A DNA stretch of 64,000 nucleotides from Alphaproteobacteria bacterium (lineage in GTDB: Bacteria; Pseudomonadota; Alphaproteobacteria; Bin95): contig OZ219786.1 in assembly GCA_964291285.2 (NCBI GenBank), positions 864,001 through 928,000 of the forward strand. Direction: 5' to 3'. Made by a program: the position numbers and the translations under genes. Under the pieces are notes generated by a model. It worked only from the letters and a program-made list of their open reading frames with translations. It searched no databases and had not been told where the DNA came from. Below, in pieces: positions 44,322-53,552 of this stretch. Numbering within the stretch: the first letter of the stretch is position 1; each line of letters opens with the position of its first letter.

Positions 44322-44756
44322 ATGAACATGTCTGAAGAAGCGTATCCGCGGCGGCGGGCCTATGGCGAGGACCTGCGCCGCCTGGCGGTGACGGCGGTGC
44401 TGGAGGAGGGGATGAGCCTGGCGGCCGCGGGCCGGCGGTTCGGCGTGAGCGACATGAGCGTCGCAAGCTGGGTGAAGCGCTGGCATGAGCGCGGCCATCT
44501 GCGGCCCGATGCGAAGGGCGGCGACCGCAAGTCCTGGCGCATCGAGGCGGAGCGGGAGCGGATTTTCCGCATCCTGGAGCGCCACCCGGCGATCACGCTG
44601 CGCGCGCTGCGCGACCGGCTGGCCGCCGAGGGCGCCGTGTTCGGGGCCTCCACCGTGCAGCGCTTCCTGAAGCGCCACGGCCTGAGGCGCGAGCGCCGCT
44701 TCAGCGGCCGCCTCGACACCCTCCGCCGCAAACGCGCGGCCGCCGGGCGCGGGTGA
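44322..44756 (+). CDS. IS630-type transposase N-terminal HTH protein without a DDE domain
   Basis: AYGEDLR...AAAGRRFGVS..SV..WVKRW...GG.R...P.ITL..LRDRL...STVQRFL pattern; strong RBS AAGGAGG; no catalytic ORF follows. Confidence 0.8.
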   Translation: MNMSEEAYPRRRAYGEDLRRLAVTAVLEEGMSLAAAGRRFGVSDMSVASWVKRWHERGHLRPDAKGGDRKSWRIEAERERIFRILERHPAITLRALRDRLAAEGAVFGASTVQRFLKRHGLRRERRFSGRLDTLRRKRAAAGRG

Positions 44757-44774
44757 CGGCGCGCCGCCACCGTT

Positions 44775-44903
44775 CCCCCCTCCCGCTGGGCGGGAGGGGT
44801 CGGGGGAGGGCCTCTCGGCGCGCACGGACGGTTGCCGGGCTTCGCCCGCCGGCCTGACGGCCGGGCCCCTCTCCCAGCCTCTCCCCGCAACCGGGGAGAG
44901 GGG
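44775..44903 (-). repeat. REP-like palindromic repeat, type B (copy 2)
   Basis: Reverse complement of 41635-41763. Confidence 0.85.
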
Positions 44904-44956
44904 AGCTATTCGGCGGTGGCTCCCGGAGGCGGCCCGGTCGGCGCACAGGGCAAAGA

Positions 44957-45382
44957 TCAGGGCGCGAGGACCGTGAACCCCTCGCGGGACGCCGCTTCGT
45001 TCAGACGTGTGTCGAAGCACACGAAGCCGACGCCGGAAGGGTCCTCCTCCGCGCTTGCCAGCGCCGCCGCAAGCTGGAGGCTGTCCGCCGCCCGGAGCGG
45101 ATGCACGCGGAGCAGGCGCTGCGCCAGATCCCTGACGCGCCGGCCCGGCTGGACTTCGTACCACACCTGCGAGAGGGCATGGAGGCGCCGGATAACGCCG
45201 GACGCTTCGGCCGTCGTCAGGCTCCCCTCGCGTTCGCGCCGCGAAACGGCCGCGACATACTCGACCGTCGATCCCCACCAGACGGCCATGCGGTCGTCCG
45301 CCTCCAGCACGCGGACGGCGAACTGCCGGTGTCTTTCGTCGACGCTGAGGGCGATGAGGGCGGAGGTGTCCCAGAAGTTCAA
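44957..45382 (-). CDS. vapC: PIN-domain toxin
   Basis: FWDTSALI, LRAADSLQLAAAL and FDTRL motifs. Confidence 0.9.
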   Translation of the reverse strand: MNFWDTSALIALSVDERHRQFAVRVLEADDRMAVWWGSTVEYVAAVSRREREGSLTTAEASGVIRRLHALSQVWYEVQPGRRVRDLAQRLLRVHPLRAADSLQLAAALASAEEDPSGVGFVCFDTRLNEAASREGFTVLAP

Positions 45383-45705
45383 CGGCCGCCTTCCAGGCGC
45401 TCTTCCGAGCGTTCCTCCAGCAGGGCGTCCAGAATCCCGGCGCCCGCTCCGAGCGGCGTGTCCAGCACCGTCAACGGGCTCCCCTCCCTGCGGCGCGACA
45501 GCGTTCCCGCGCGCTCCAGCCGGGCAATCCTGGCGTCGCCGTCCACCTCGTCAGCTCCGCTGCCGCCGTCCACGCCCCGTCCGACGGGAACGATGCGCGC
45601 CACGGGGACCGTGCGGTCAAGCACCAGCACCGATTCGCCCGACCGAACCCGGCGGAGATAAGCGCTCAGGCCGTTTTTCACCTGGGAAACCGTAACCCGG
45701 ATCAT
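45379..45705 (-). CDS. Phd/YefM family antitoxin
   Basis: VSQVKNGLSAYLRRVRSGESVLVLDR..PVARIVP; overlaps the toxin start. Confidence 0.88.
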   Translation of the reverse strand: MIRVTVSQVKNGLSAYLRRVRSGESVLVLDRTVPVARIVPVGRGVDGGSGADEVDGDARIARLERAGTLSRRREGSPLTVLDTPLGAGAGILDALLEERSEERLEGGR

Positions 45706-45834
45706 GAGTTCGCTCCCGACTTCCTTCCTGGCCATATTAGCCAGATCGACGGGGCCGGACAAGCCGCCTCCGCGCCGTTCGAGGCCGGACGGCCTCCCTC
45801 CGTCATGCCCGAACGGCCCCCTCGCCGCTCCGGC

Positions 45835-45909
45835 CGCCGCCGTTCCCCCCTCCCGCCGGGCGGGAGGGGTCGGGGGAGGGCCTCACGGCGCGCGCGGACG
45901 GTTGCCGGG
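45835..45909 (-). repeat. REP-like repeat, type B (partial copy 3)
   Basis: Direct repeat of ~44764-44839 with a few mismatches. Confidence 0.85.
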
Positions 45910-45910
45910 A

Positions 45911-47224
45911 TCACAGGGCGAAGGTTCGCCTGAGCCTCGGATAGGCGAGTGCCAGGCCCGCGCCGCGCAGGGCGTAGAACAGCCAGAGCGCGATCCAGAG
46001 GCCGTGGTTGCCGAGCGGGCCCGGCAGCAGGAACAGCCCGGCGGCATAGGCCGCGAAGGCAACCGCCATGGTGACGAGCATCCAGCGGGTCGCCGAGAAC
46101 CCCAGATAGATTCCGTCATACGCATAGGCCCAGACCGCGACCAGCGGCGTCAGCGCGCCCCACAGCATCCAGCCGGCGGCCGCGTCGCGCACCTCCGGCA
46201 GCGAGGTCATGACGGCCACCAGAAGGCCGCCGGCGGCCAGGAAAATGCCGGAGAGCAGCGCGGCCGCGCCGACCGACCAGGCGAGAACGGCCCGTATGAC
46301 CTCCCGGAGCGCGCTGCCGCGGCGCCGCCCGACCGCATCGCCGACCAGCGCCTCCCCCGCATGGGCGACGCCGTCGAGCGCGAAGGAGGCGAAGATGACG
46401 AAATGCACGAGGATCTGGTTCGCCGCGAGCACCGTGTCGCCGGCCGCCGCGCTCTTGGCGAGGAAGGCCGCATTGGCGGTGACGACGCAGAGCGACCTGA
46501 TGGTGATGTCCCGGTTGATCGCGACGAGGCGCAGCAGCCGCACCCGGTCGAACACCGGCCCGCGGCCGGCAGGCAGGCGCTTCAGCCGCCGGCGCACGGC
46601 GACCACGGCGACGGCGAGGCCGAGATACTCCCCGATGAGCGTGGCGAAGGCGACGCCCTCGACGCCCCAGCCGAAGCCCATGACGAACACGACGTCGAGG
46701 ACCATGTTGGTGACGTTGACGGTGACCTGGAGGACGAGCGGCGTGCGCGAGTCCTCCAGCCCGTAGAACCAGCCGATGACCGCGAAGATGGCGAGGTTGG
46801 CGGGCGCGGTCCACACGCGGATGAAGAAGTAGGTGCGCGCGTGCTCCTCGACCTCCGCGCTCGCCTCGACAAGCCCGAAGGCGAGCGCGGCGATGGGCCC
46901 CTGCAGCAGGACGATCAGGGCCGCCGCGCCGCCGGCGAGCGTCAGCGCGCGCCAGAGCATCGCGCGCACCTCGCCCCAGTCCTCCCGCCCGCGCGCCCGG
47001 GCGGTCGGCCCGGTGGTGCCCATCCTCAGGCAGTTGAGCAGGTGGAACAGGAAGTTGAAGATCATCGCGCCGATGGCGACCGCGCCGATGTAATACGCCG
47101 CGTCGAGATGGCCCATCACGGCAGTGTCCACCGCGCCGATCAGCGGCACCGAGACATTGGACACGACAATCGGCCCCGCCATGCGCCAGATGCGCCGCGA
47201 CAGGGCGGGAGTCACGCCTGGCAC
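45911..47224 (-). CDS. MATE efflux transporter (DinF-like)
   Basis: PLIGAVDTAVMGH, LRMGTTG and LAANQIL motifs. Confidence 0.92.
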   Translation of the reverse strand: MPGVTPALSRRIWRMAGPIVVSNVSVPLIGAVDTAVMGHLDAAYYIGAVAIGAMIFNFLFHLLNCLRMGTTGPTARARGREDWGEVRAMLWRALTLAGGAAALIVLLQGPIAALAFGLVEASAEVEEHARTYFFIRVWTAPANLAIFAVIGWFYGLEDSRTPLVLQVTVNVTNMVLDVVFVMGFGWGVEGVAFATLIGEYLGLAVAVVAVRRRLKRLPAGRGPVFDRVRLLRLVAINRDITIRSLCVVTANAAFLAKSAAAGDTVLAANQILVHFVIFASFALDGVAHAGEALVGDAVGRRRGSALREVIRAVLAWSVGAAALLSGIFLAAGGLLVAVMTSLPEVRDAAAGWMLWGALTPLVAVWAYAYDGIYLGFSATRWMLVTMAVAFAAYAAGLFLLPGPLGNHGLWIALWLFYALRGAGLALAYPRLRRTFAL

Positions 47225-47259
47225 GCACTGCCGCCCGGTTCAGCCATCATGCCCGAACG

Positions 47260-47397
47260 CCCCTTTCCGTCACCCCGGACTTGATCCGGGGTCCATCTCC
47301 GGTTCTCGCGGCTGCCTCGGCGGGTTGGGCCTGCCCTCCACCGGTTGCGGCAGACGCAGACGGTCAGGGATGGACCCCGGATCAAGTCCGGGGTGAC
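47260..47397. repeat. REP-like doublet, type A (copy 2, inverted relative to 43902-44040)
   Basis: Same ~30-bp palindromic arms and a similar spacer in the opposite orientation. Confidence 0.9.
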
Positions 47398-47461
47398 AGT
47401 TGTGGGCCGTGCAGTGCAAAGCCAGCGCCACAGATGTGTGCATGCGGCAGGGGCCGGGGGA

Positions 47462-48751
47462 TCAGCGGTAGACCAGGGTCGGCAGGTAGAGCGCCAGGTC
47501 CTCGTAGGCGATCAGCAGCGCGACCATGACCAGCATGGACACCACGAAGGGGATCGACCCGTAGGCGACGTCGTTGAACTTGCCGCCGCGCGAGCGGATG
47601 CCGTGGACGACATAGAGGTTGACGCCGATGGGCGGGGTGATGAGCGCGGTCTCCATCAGCACGGTGATCATCACGCCGAACCAGACCGGGTCGAACCCCA
47701 TCTGCACCACGATGGGGAAGATCACCGGCACGGTGGTCAGCATCATGGAGAGCGTTTCCATGAACATGCCGAGGATCAGGTAGAAGATCACCAGCAGGAT
47801 CATGAACTCCAGCGGCGTCAGGCCCAGCTCCGCCATGAAGTGGATCATCGCCTGGGTGACGCCGATGAAGCCCAGCACGAAGTTGAGGAACACCGCCGCC
47901 AGGATGATGAGCATGATCATCGCCGTGGTGCGCATGGTGCCCTCGAAGGCCTCGCGCAGCATGGAGAGCCTGAGCGTGCCGGTCGAGGCGGAGAGGATGA
48001 GCGCGAAGCACACGCCGACCGACGCGGCCTCGGTCGGCGTCGCCAGCCCGGCATAGATCGAGCCGACCACCACCACGAACAGCAGGATCGGCGGCACGAG
48101 GTCCGGCAGGGTGCGGATGCGGGTGCGCCAGTTGGTCTCGACGCGCGCCCCGCCCCATTCGCGCCGCCAGAGGCAGGCGACGGCGATGGCGGTCATGAAC
48201 AGCGCCGAAAGGATCGCCCCCGGTATGATGCCGGCGAGATAGAGCTCCGGCACCGAACTGTCGGTCAGCAGGCCGTAGAGGATGAGGTTGATCGAGGGCG
48301 GGATCAGGATGCCCAGCGTGCCGCCGGCCGCCAACGAGCCCAGGAACAGGCGCTCATTGTAGGAGTGGCGTTCGATCTGCGGGTAGGCGACGGTGCCGAC
48401 GGTGGCGGCGGTCGCCACGGACGAGCCCGAAGACGCGGCGAAGATGGCGCAGGAGCCGATATTTGCGTGCATCAGCCCGCCCGGCAGCCAGGACAGCCAT
48501 TGCGCGACGGCGGTGTACATGCGCGCGGCGATGCCCGCCCGGAGCATGATCTCGCCGAGCAGGATGAACATCGGCACCGCGACCAGGATGAACTCCTTGC
48601 TCTTGTCCCAGACGAATTCGCCGATGGCGGGCGTGAGCCGGCCGCCGAAATACATCGAGTCGAGGCCGAAGGAGAGAATGCCGAGAATGGCCGCCACGGG
48701 CACCGCGGCGACCACCAGCAGCATCAGCGCGACGAGGATCCCCACGACCAT
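47462..48751 (-). CDS. dctM: TRAP transporter large permease
   Basis: AVPMFIL, GTLGILIPPS, TPTEA and ITPPIGVNLY motifs. Confidence 0.95.
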   Translation of the reverse strand: MVVGILVALMLLVVAAVPVAAILGILSFGLDSMYFGGRLTPAIGEFVWDKSKEFILVAVPMFILLGEIMLRAGIAARMYTAVAQWLSWLPGGLMHANIGSCAIFAASSGSSVATAATVGTVAYPQIERHSYNERLFLGSLAAGGTLGILIPPSINLILYGLLTDSSVPELYLAGIIPGAILSALFMTAIAVACLWRREWGGARVETNWRTRIRTLPDLVPPILLFVVVVGSIYAGLATPTEAASVGVCFALILSASTGTLRLSMLREAFEGTMRTTAMIMLIILAAVFLNFVLGFIGVTQAMIHFMAELGLTPLEFMILLVIFYLILGMFMETLSMMLTTVPVIFPIVVQMGFDPVWFGVMITVLMETALITPPIGVNLYVVHGIRSRGGKFNDVAYGSIPFVVSMLVMVALLIAYEDLALYLPTLVYR

Positions 48752-48755
48752 GGCG

Positions 48756-49352
48756 TCAGTCCTCCTGCACGCTGGTCTGGAGGTTCATGCCATGGGTTTC
48801 GGCCTCGATCTCCTCGGCGACGCTCGGCACGCCGGCGATGCGCTTGACGAGGTCGAGGTCGCTGCGCAGAAGGCCGACCATCGTGTAGAGGAAGACGAAC
48901 AACAGAACGAATTCGAAGAAAACCAGTCCCGACGCCCAGAATAACTGCGGAATCCACAGGGGGGTGGCCAAAGTCGTGATCGAGACCGAGTCCCTGTCCC
49001 AGGACACCTCGAAAGCGCCCCAGGCCCGGTGTGCGAGCACGCCGTTATAGATCAGCAGCAGGGCCACGGCGACCGTGTCCAGAACGGCGCAGACCCAGCG
49101 CGGCAGGAAATTGTAGAGCGCGTCGATGCGGATATTCGCACGGTGGAGCAGGCAATAGCTGTAGGCCCAGGTCGTGCCTGCGGCAAAGACATAACCGGAG
49201 ATTTCGTCCGCGCCGCTCATGGTCACGTTGAAGACCTTGCGGCTGACCACATCGAGCGTGACGAGGATTGCCGCAATCAGCAGGGCGCCGCCGCCGATCC
49301 AGACCGCCCGGCGGGAGATCCACTCGAGGCCCCCGTGTATGCGCTCCAACAT
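48756..49352 (-). CDS. dctQ: TRAP transporter small permease
   Basis: Four TM segments, ANIRID and TPLWIPQ motifs; operon position. Confidence 0.9.
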   Translation of the reverse strand: MLERIHGGLEWISRRAVWIGGGALLIAAILVTLDVVSRKVFNVTMSGADEISGYVFAAGTTWAYSYCLLHRANIRIDALYNFLPRWVCAVLDTVAVALLLIYNGVLAHRAWGAFEVSWDRDSVSITTLATPLWIPQLFWASGLVFFEFVLLFVFLYTMVGLLRSDLDLVKRIAGVPSVAEEIEAETHGMNLQTSVQED

Positions 49353-49480
49353 GCCACCTCCGTCCCCCCTTGCGTTCCGGCGGGCGCCCGCCGGTCGGCG
49401 CGGGCGTATCGACCGGAAAAACGGGGCGCCGCCGCAGCGGCGCCCCGGTCGCTCCTGTGCGGGGCCGCGCCCCGGCCGGA

Positions 49481-50557
49481 CTACAGGCTCGCTTCGATCC
49501 CTGCGATCTTGCCGATGGTCGCGTTCCACTCATCGACGCATTTCTGCGTGCCGCAGCGCTCGGCCCAGCGCTTGACGACGAAGTCGGACACGATCTGCTT
49601 CAGCTTGTCGCGGTCGGCGTCCGACACCTCGATCGGCGTCATGCCGCCCGGCTCGCCCAGGTCGCACGGGCCCGAGGCGTTGCAGTCCATGCCGCGCTGG
49701 TCGTTCTTCTGCGCCGCATCCCACATTTCCTCTTCGAGCTTCTCCAGCTCGGCCACGATGAGGTTCTGCGCGTCGGGCGTCAGGCTTTCCCAGCTCTTGT
49801 TGTTCATGACCAGCGCCGACGAGGCGTAGCCCAGCCGGATGCGGATATTGTGGGTCACCACCTGCCACCACTTGGCGTTGTAGGCCGGCAGGGTGCCGGT
49901 GAGGCCGCAGTCCGCCACGCCCTTCTGCAGGGCCGGCACGACCTCGGCGAAGGCGATGGTCACCGCGCTGCCGCCGACGCCCTCGACGAAATCGCCGAGC
50001 GTGGTCGAATAGACGCGGATCTTCTTGCCCTCGAGGTCGTCGAGCGAGAACTGGGTGATACTCTTGTCGCCGAGGTTGCACCAGAGCTGCTGGCTCGGCC
50101 ACGCATACATCATCAGCAGCTTGGCGTCGTATTTCTCGTCGAACTCCCGCTCCAGGATCGGCGTGTAGGCCTCGACGGCCTTGCGGTAGTCGCCGAAGTC
50201 CTGGATGACGCCCGAAAGGTCGGTGCCTTCGAGGGCGGGGCTGTCCTGCGAAATGTAGGTCGTCACGACATGGGCGGCGTCGTAGGTGCCGAGCTTCAGC
50301 AGGCGCATCAGCTCGAAACCGGAGAGGCCGAGCTGGTCGTTCGGCTTGGCGTTGGCGGTCAGCGCGCCTCCGGTGGCCTCCGGCAGTATCTTCTGCCAGA
50401 ACTTGCTCTCGCGCTCCTTCCAGTGGTCGAGGAAGCTCCAGGTCCCGACCACCGTGAACTCCTTCTTGCCATAGTCGGCAGCCCCGGCGACGCCCGCTCC
50501 CAGCGCAATTGCGCCTGCGACGGCGGCCGCGGCAACAGTCTTCATCCCCTGCAACAT
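49481..50557 (-). CDS. dctP: TRAP substrate-binding protein
   Basis: Signal peptide, DLEGKKIRV and EVVPALQKGVAD motifs. Confidence 0.92.
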   Translation of the reverse strand: MLQGMKTVAAAAVAGAIALGAGVAGAADYGKKEFTVVGTWSFLDHWKERESKFWQKILPEATGGALTANAKPNDQLGLSGFELMRLLKLGTYDAAHVVTTYISQDSPALEGTDLSGVIQDFGDYRKAVEAYTPILEREFDEKYDAKLLMMYAWPSQQLWCNLGDKSITQFSLDDLEGKKIRVYSTTLGDFVEGVGGSAVTIAFAEVVPALQKGVADCGLTGTLPAYNAKWWQVVTHNIRIRLGYASSALVMNNKSWESLTPDAQNLIVAELEKLEEEMWDAAQKNDQRGMDCNASGPCDLGEPGGMTPIEVSDADRDKLKQIVSDFVVKRWAERCGTQKCVDEWNATIGKIAGIEASL

Positions 50558-50683
50558 CTAAGGTTCTCCCGTTTCGGTTAACACCGGCGGCGGCAGTCTG
50601 GCACAGACCCCGCCTGCAAGGAAGCCCGCAGAATGCTAGGCTTCCGGCGGCGGAAGCCGCTTCGAAGGCGTGGGATACAGGCA

Positions 50684-51598
50684 ATGGCGGACGGCAACAC
50701 GGTCGGATTCATCGGGCTCGGCGTGATGGGCGAGCCGATGTGCCGGAACATTCTGGGCAAGTCTGGCCGGCGGGTGCTGTGCCACGACCTCAGCCCCGAG
50801 CCGGCGGCCCGCCTCGCGGCCGAGGGCGCGGAGGCGGCGGAGCCGGAGGAGATCGCGCGGCAGGCCGGAACGGTGCTGCTGTCGCTGCCCGGCGGGCCGC
50901 AGGTGCGCAGCGTCTGCCTGGGCGACGGCGGGCTGGTCGCGGCGATGGGGCCGGGACAGGTGCTGGTGGACTGCTCGACCGCCCCGCCGGCGCTCGCCCG
51001 TGAACTGGCGGAAACCTGCGCCGGGCGCGGCATCGCCTTTGCCGATGCGCCCGTCGCCCGCACCGCGCAGGCCGCCATCGACGGCACGCTGTCGATCATG
51101 GTGGGCGCCACGGAGGAGACCTTCGGGCGCATCCGCCCGCTGCTCGACTGCATGGCCGCCGAGGTCACCCATTGCGGCGGCGCGGGCGCGGGCCAGGCGG
51201 TCAAGCTGCTGAACAACATGGTGGTCGCGATGACGGTGGTGGCGCTTGCCGAAGCGCTCTCGGCGGCCCGCGCGTCGGGGGCGGTGGACGGCAGGGTGCT
51301 GTTCGAGACCCTGGCGCGCAGCTCCGCCGACAGCTTCGTGCTGCGCAACCACGGCATGAAATGCCTGCTGACCGGCGAGCACCCGACCGAGGGCGCCTTC
51401 CCGACCGACTACATCCTGAAGGACCTCTCCTACGCGCTCGACTTCGCGGAAGGCGCCGGGATGGAGATGCGCGCCGCCAACGTCACCCGCGACCTCATGG
51501 AGCGCACCCGCGACGCCGGCTTCGCCCGGAACTACTACACCGCGGTCGTCGAGACGCTCGGCCCGCGCCGGCCGGCGGGCGGCGCGGCAAGCCCCTAG
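50684..51598 (+). CDS. NAD(P)-dependent beta-hydroxyacid dehydrogenase family protein
   Basis: GFIGLGVMG, DAPV and KLLNN motifs. Confidence 0.92.
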   Translation: MADGNTVGFIGLGVMGEPMCRNILGKSGRRVLCHDLSPEPAARLAAEGAEAAEPEEIARQAGTVLLSLPGGPQVRSVCLGDGGLVAAMGPGQVLVDCSTAPPALARELAETCAGRGIAFADAPVARTAQAAIDGTLSIMVGATEETFGRIRPLLDCMAAEVTHCGGAGAGQAVKLLNNMVVAMTVVALAEALSAARASGAVDGRVLFETLARSSADSFVLRNHGMKCLLTGEHPTEGAFPTDYILKDLSYALDFAEGAGMEMRAANVTRDLMERTRDAGFARNYYTAVVETLGPRRPAGGAASP

Positions 51599-52821
51599 CC
51601 GACGCCGGGGATGGGAATCGGAAACGGCGGGTCCTCGTCATCGTCATCGGCCGCCCGGAATTCCGGCGCCGCCATGCCAAACCCCCAGCCGGGCACGGTG
51701 TGGAAGCCGGTCGTCCCCGACGCGGTAAGCCCGTGGCCCGTCTCTCCCACGCCGGGGATGGGCACCGGAAACGGCGGGTCCTCGTCGTCGTCATCGGCCG
51801 CCCAATCGAGCGCGGCGCGGAATTTCGACACCGGCATACCGCCCCACCAACCGGGCGCCGTCCCGTCTATCCAGGGCTGCGGCGTCGGGCAGGGCAGCGG
51901 CCCTGTCGGCCAGGGCAAGGGGCAGGGGCAAGAGCCGCCGGAACTCATGTCGTCGATCCCGCCGGCCACCAGTCTCTGCACCGTTGCGCCCCACCGATGA
52001 TCCGGCATGCGAGCCACCGTCATGGTCATGGCACCCGTTTCCGGGTCGGCGACCTTCGTTCCGGGGGCCGCCCAGCCGCCCGCCGCGCCCATGCTCGTCG
52101 CGATCCACGGCCATGGCCGTGGACAAGGCGGAGAGGGACAGGGGCAGCAACACGGACATGCGTCTTCGACAGGAATCATGTTCACATAGTCGATCTCGCC
52201 GGATACAAGGCTCCGCACCGCCGCATCGGCGCGAAGGCAGTCGAAGCCGATGCGCTCCTCCGCCTTGCCGTAGACCTGCAGCGCCTCGCGCATCATGTCC
52301 TTGAGGAACCGGTCCATATTTCCCCGGTTCAGGACGCCGCCGTATTTCTCCCTGAGGAGGGCGTCCAGGCGCTCCTGCATCTCGCGGTCCGCATTGACCG
52401 GCACCACCATCTGCACCGGCAGGCTCCCTCCGAAAACAGGGCCGTAACCGGCGCCCGTCCCCGTCCAGTAGACCGGACCTCCGAACACCATGGCCGCATA
52501 TCCGGACGCCATATATTCCGGCCACCCGGAATCGTCGTATTTCATCCCGACCGGATAGTCTGGCGGCCGCAAGCCCGGCTCGACCGGCGCCGCCGTCCGC
52601 ACCAACAGGCTCCCTTCGAAAGCGGGGCCGTAACCGGCGCCCGTCCCGATCCCGTACGGACTTGCGGGCGCCACGGCCGTATACCCGAGCGCCGGATTCA
52701 TCCGCCATTCAAGGCTCGCGCCGCCGGCTGCCGCCGACCCCGCCGAACCCAGGACCGATACGCCTGCAACCGCCGCAGCCGCGACGGCCAGACGGAACCG
52801 TTGCCTCTTCGATCTGGTCAT
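51595..52821 (-). CDS. Secreted hypothetical protein with three pairs of internal repeats and Cys/Pro clusters
   Basis: Sec-like signal peptide; repeats conserved at both DNA and protein level; ATGA overlap with the upstream gene. Confidence 0.75.
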   Translation of the reverse strand: MTRSKRQRFRLAVAAAAVAGVSVLGSAGSAAAGGASLEWRMNPALGYTAVAPASPYGIGTGAGYGPAFEGSLLVRTAAPVEPGLRPPDYPVGMKYDDSGWPEYMASGYAAMVFGGPVYWTGTGAGYGPVFGGSLPVQMVVPVNADREMQERLDALLREKYGGVLNRGNMDRFLKDMMREALQVYGKAEERIGFDCLRADAAVRSLVSGEIDYVNMIPVEDACPCCCPCPSPPCPRPWPWIATSMGAAGGWAAPGTKVADPETGAMTMTVARMPDHRWGATVQRLVAGGIDDMSSGGSCPCPLPWPTGPLPCPTPQPWIDGTAPGWWGGMPVSKFRAALDWAADDDDEDPPFPVPIPGVGETGHGLTASGTTGFHTVPGWGFGMAAPEFRAADDDDEDPPFPIPIPGVG

Positions 52822-53552
52822 GTTCCTTGCTCCATCGATGCCGACGGCTTCCCGGCCTCCATGAGTTTCGCCAGGAATTCGGTCAACATCTCGCCCTTCA
52901 CGACAATCTTGCCATTGACGGACTGATTCCGGGTTCGCTTCGGCAGCCCCTTGAGTTGCTCCAACTCCCGATCTCCGATGTCATCACCTTTGAGCCTGTA
53001 TCCGTAGCGGCGCATCCAATCATGTTGCAGGTACAGGTCAACCAGCCCCATGCCTTCCAGAGTGTGGAGCCGATACACCATCGCCTTGCCCACATCCGCA
53101 AGGTCCTGGGCGATCTCCCACCTCCTGCCCGCATAGCCGGCGGCTTCGACCTTGGCTTCGACCTTAGCTTCGGTCTCCGCTACAAGAAGGGATAACACCT
53201 GTACCTGCCGGCATTCGAGGTCGTCCAGCAGCTGGAGCAACCGGGGATCGGACGACAGGACGCGCCACCTGTTACCCGTCCGGGGCCAATGAATATGGCC
53301 CTCGCGGGTACCGTCATCCTTTCTGTGGTCTCCCCACCAACTGAACGCCGACTCCCAAGGCCCAGCCAACTCCCGTGTCAGCAGCTCATAGGACGCGGAT
53401 GCGGCTCCCTCATACGGCGAGACGCGATCCAGCATCGAGAGCCCCTGCCGATTCAATCGACCTTCCAGCACGTCGCCATAGACCTGCGGCGCCAGAAAGA
53501 GGCCGATGCCCCACTCCCTGAATGGCCGCTGCTGAGGATCGCGCTCGCACAT
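52818..53552 (-). CDS. Hypothetical protein with a putative winged helix-turn-helix
   Basis: EIAQDLADVGKAMVYRLHTLEGMGLVD resembles a wHTH; lower GC than the core genes; alternative start 53594. Confidence 0.55.
   Translation of the reverse strand: MCERDPQQRPFREWGIGLFLAPQVYGDVLEGRLNRQGLSMLDRVSPYEGAASASYELLTRELAGPWESAFSWWGDHRKDDGTREGHIHWPRTGNRWRVLSSDPRLLQLLDDLECRQVQVLSLLVAETEAKVEAKVEAAGYAGRRWEIAQDLADVGKAMVYRLHTLEGMGLVDLYLQHDWMRRYGYRLKGDDIGDRELEQLKGLPKRTRNQSVNGKIVVKGEMLTEFLAKLMEAGKPSASMEQGT

Noticed and set aside
44322-44956. A complete IS630 element with a frameshifted ORF-B
   Set aside because: No DDE-containing frame, slippery site or TIRs were found; the downstream sequence is a REP-like repeat.
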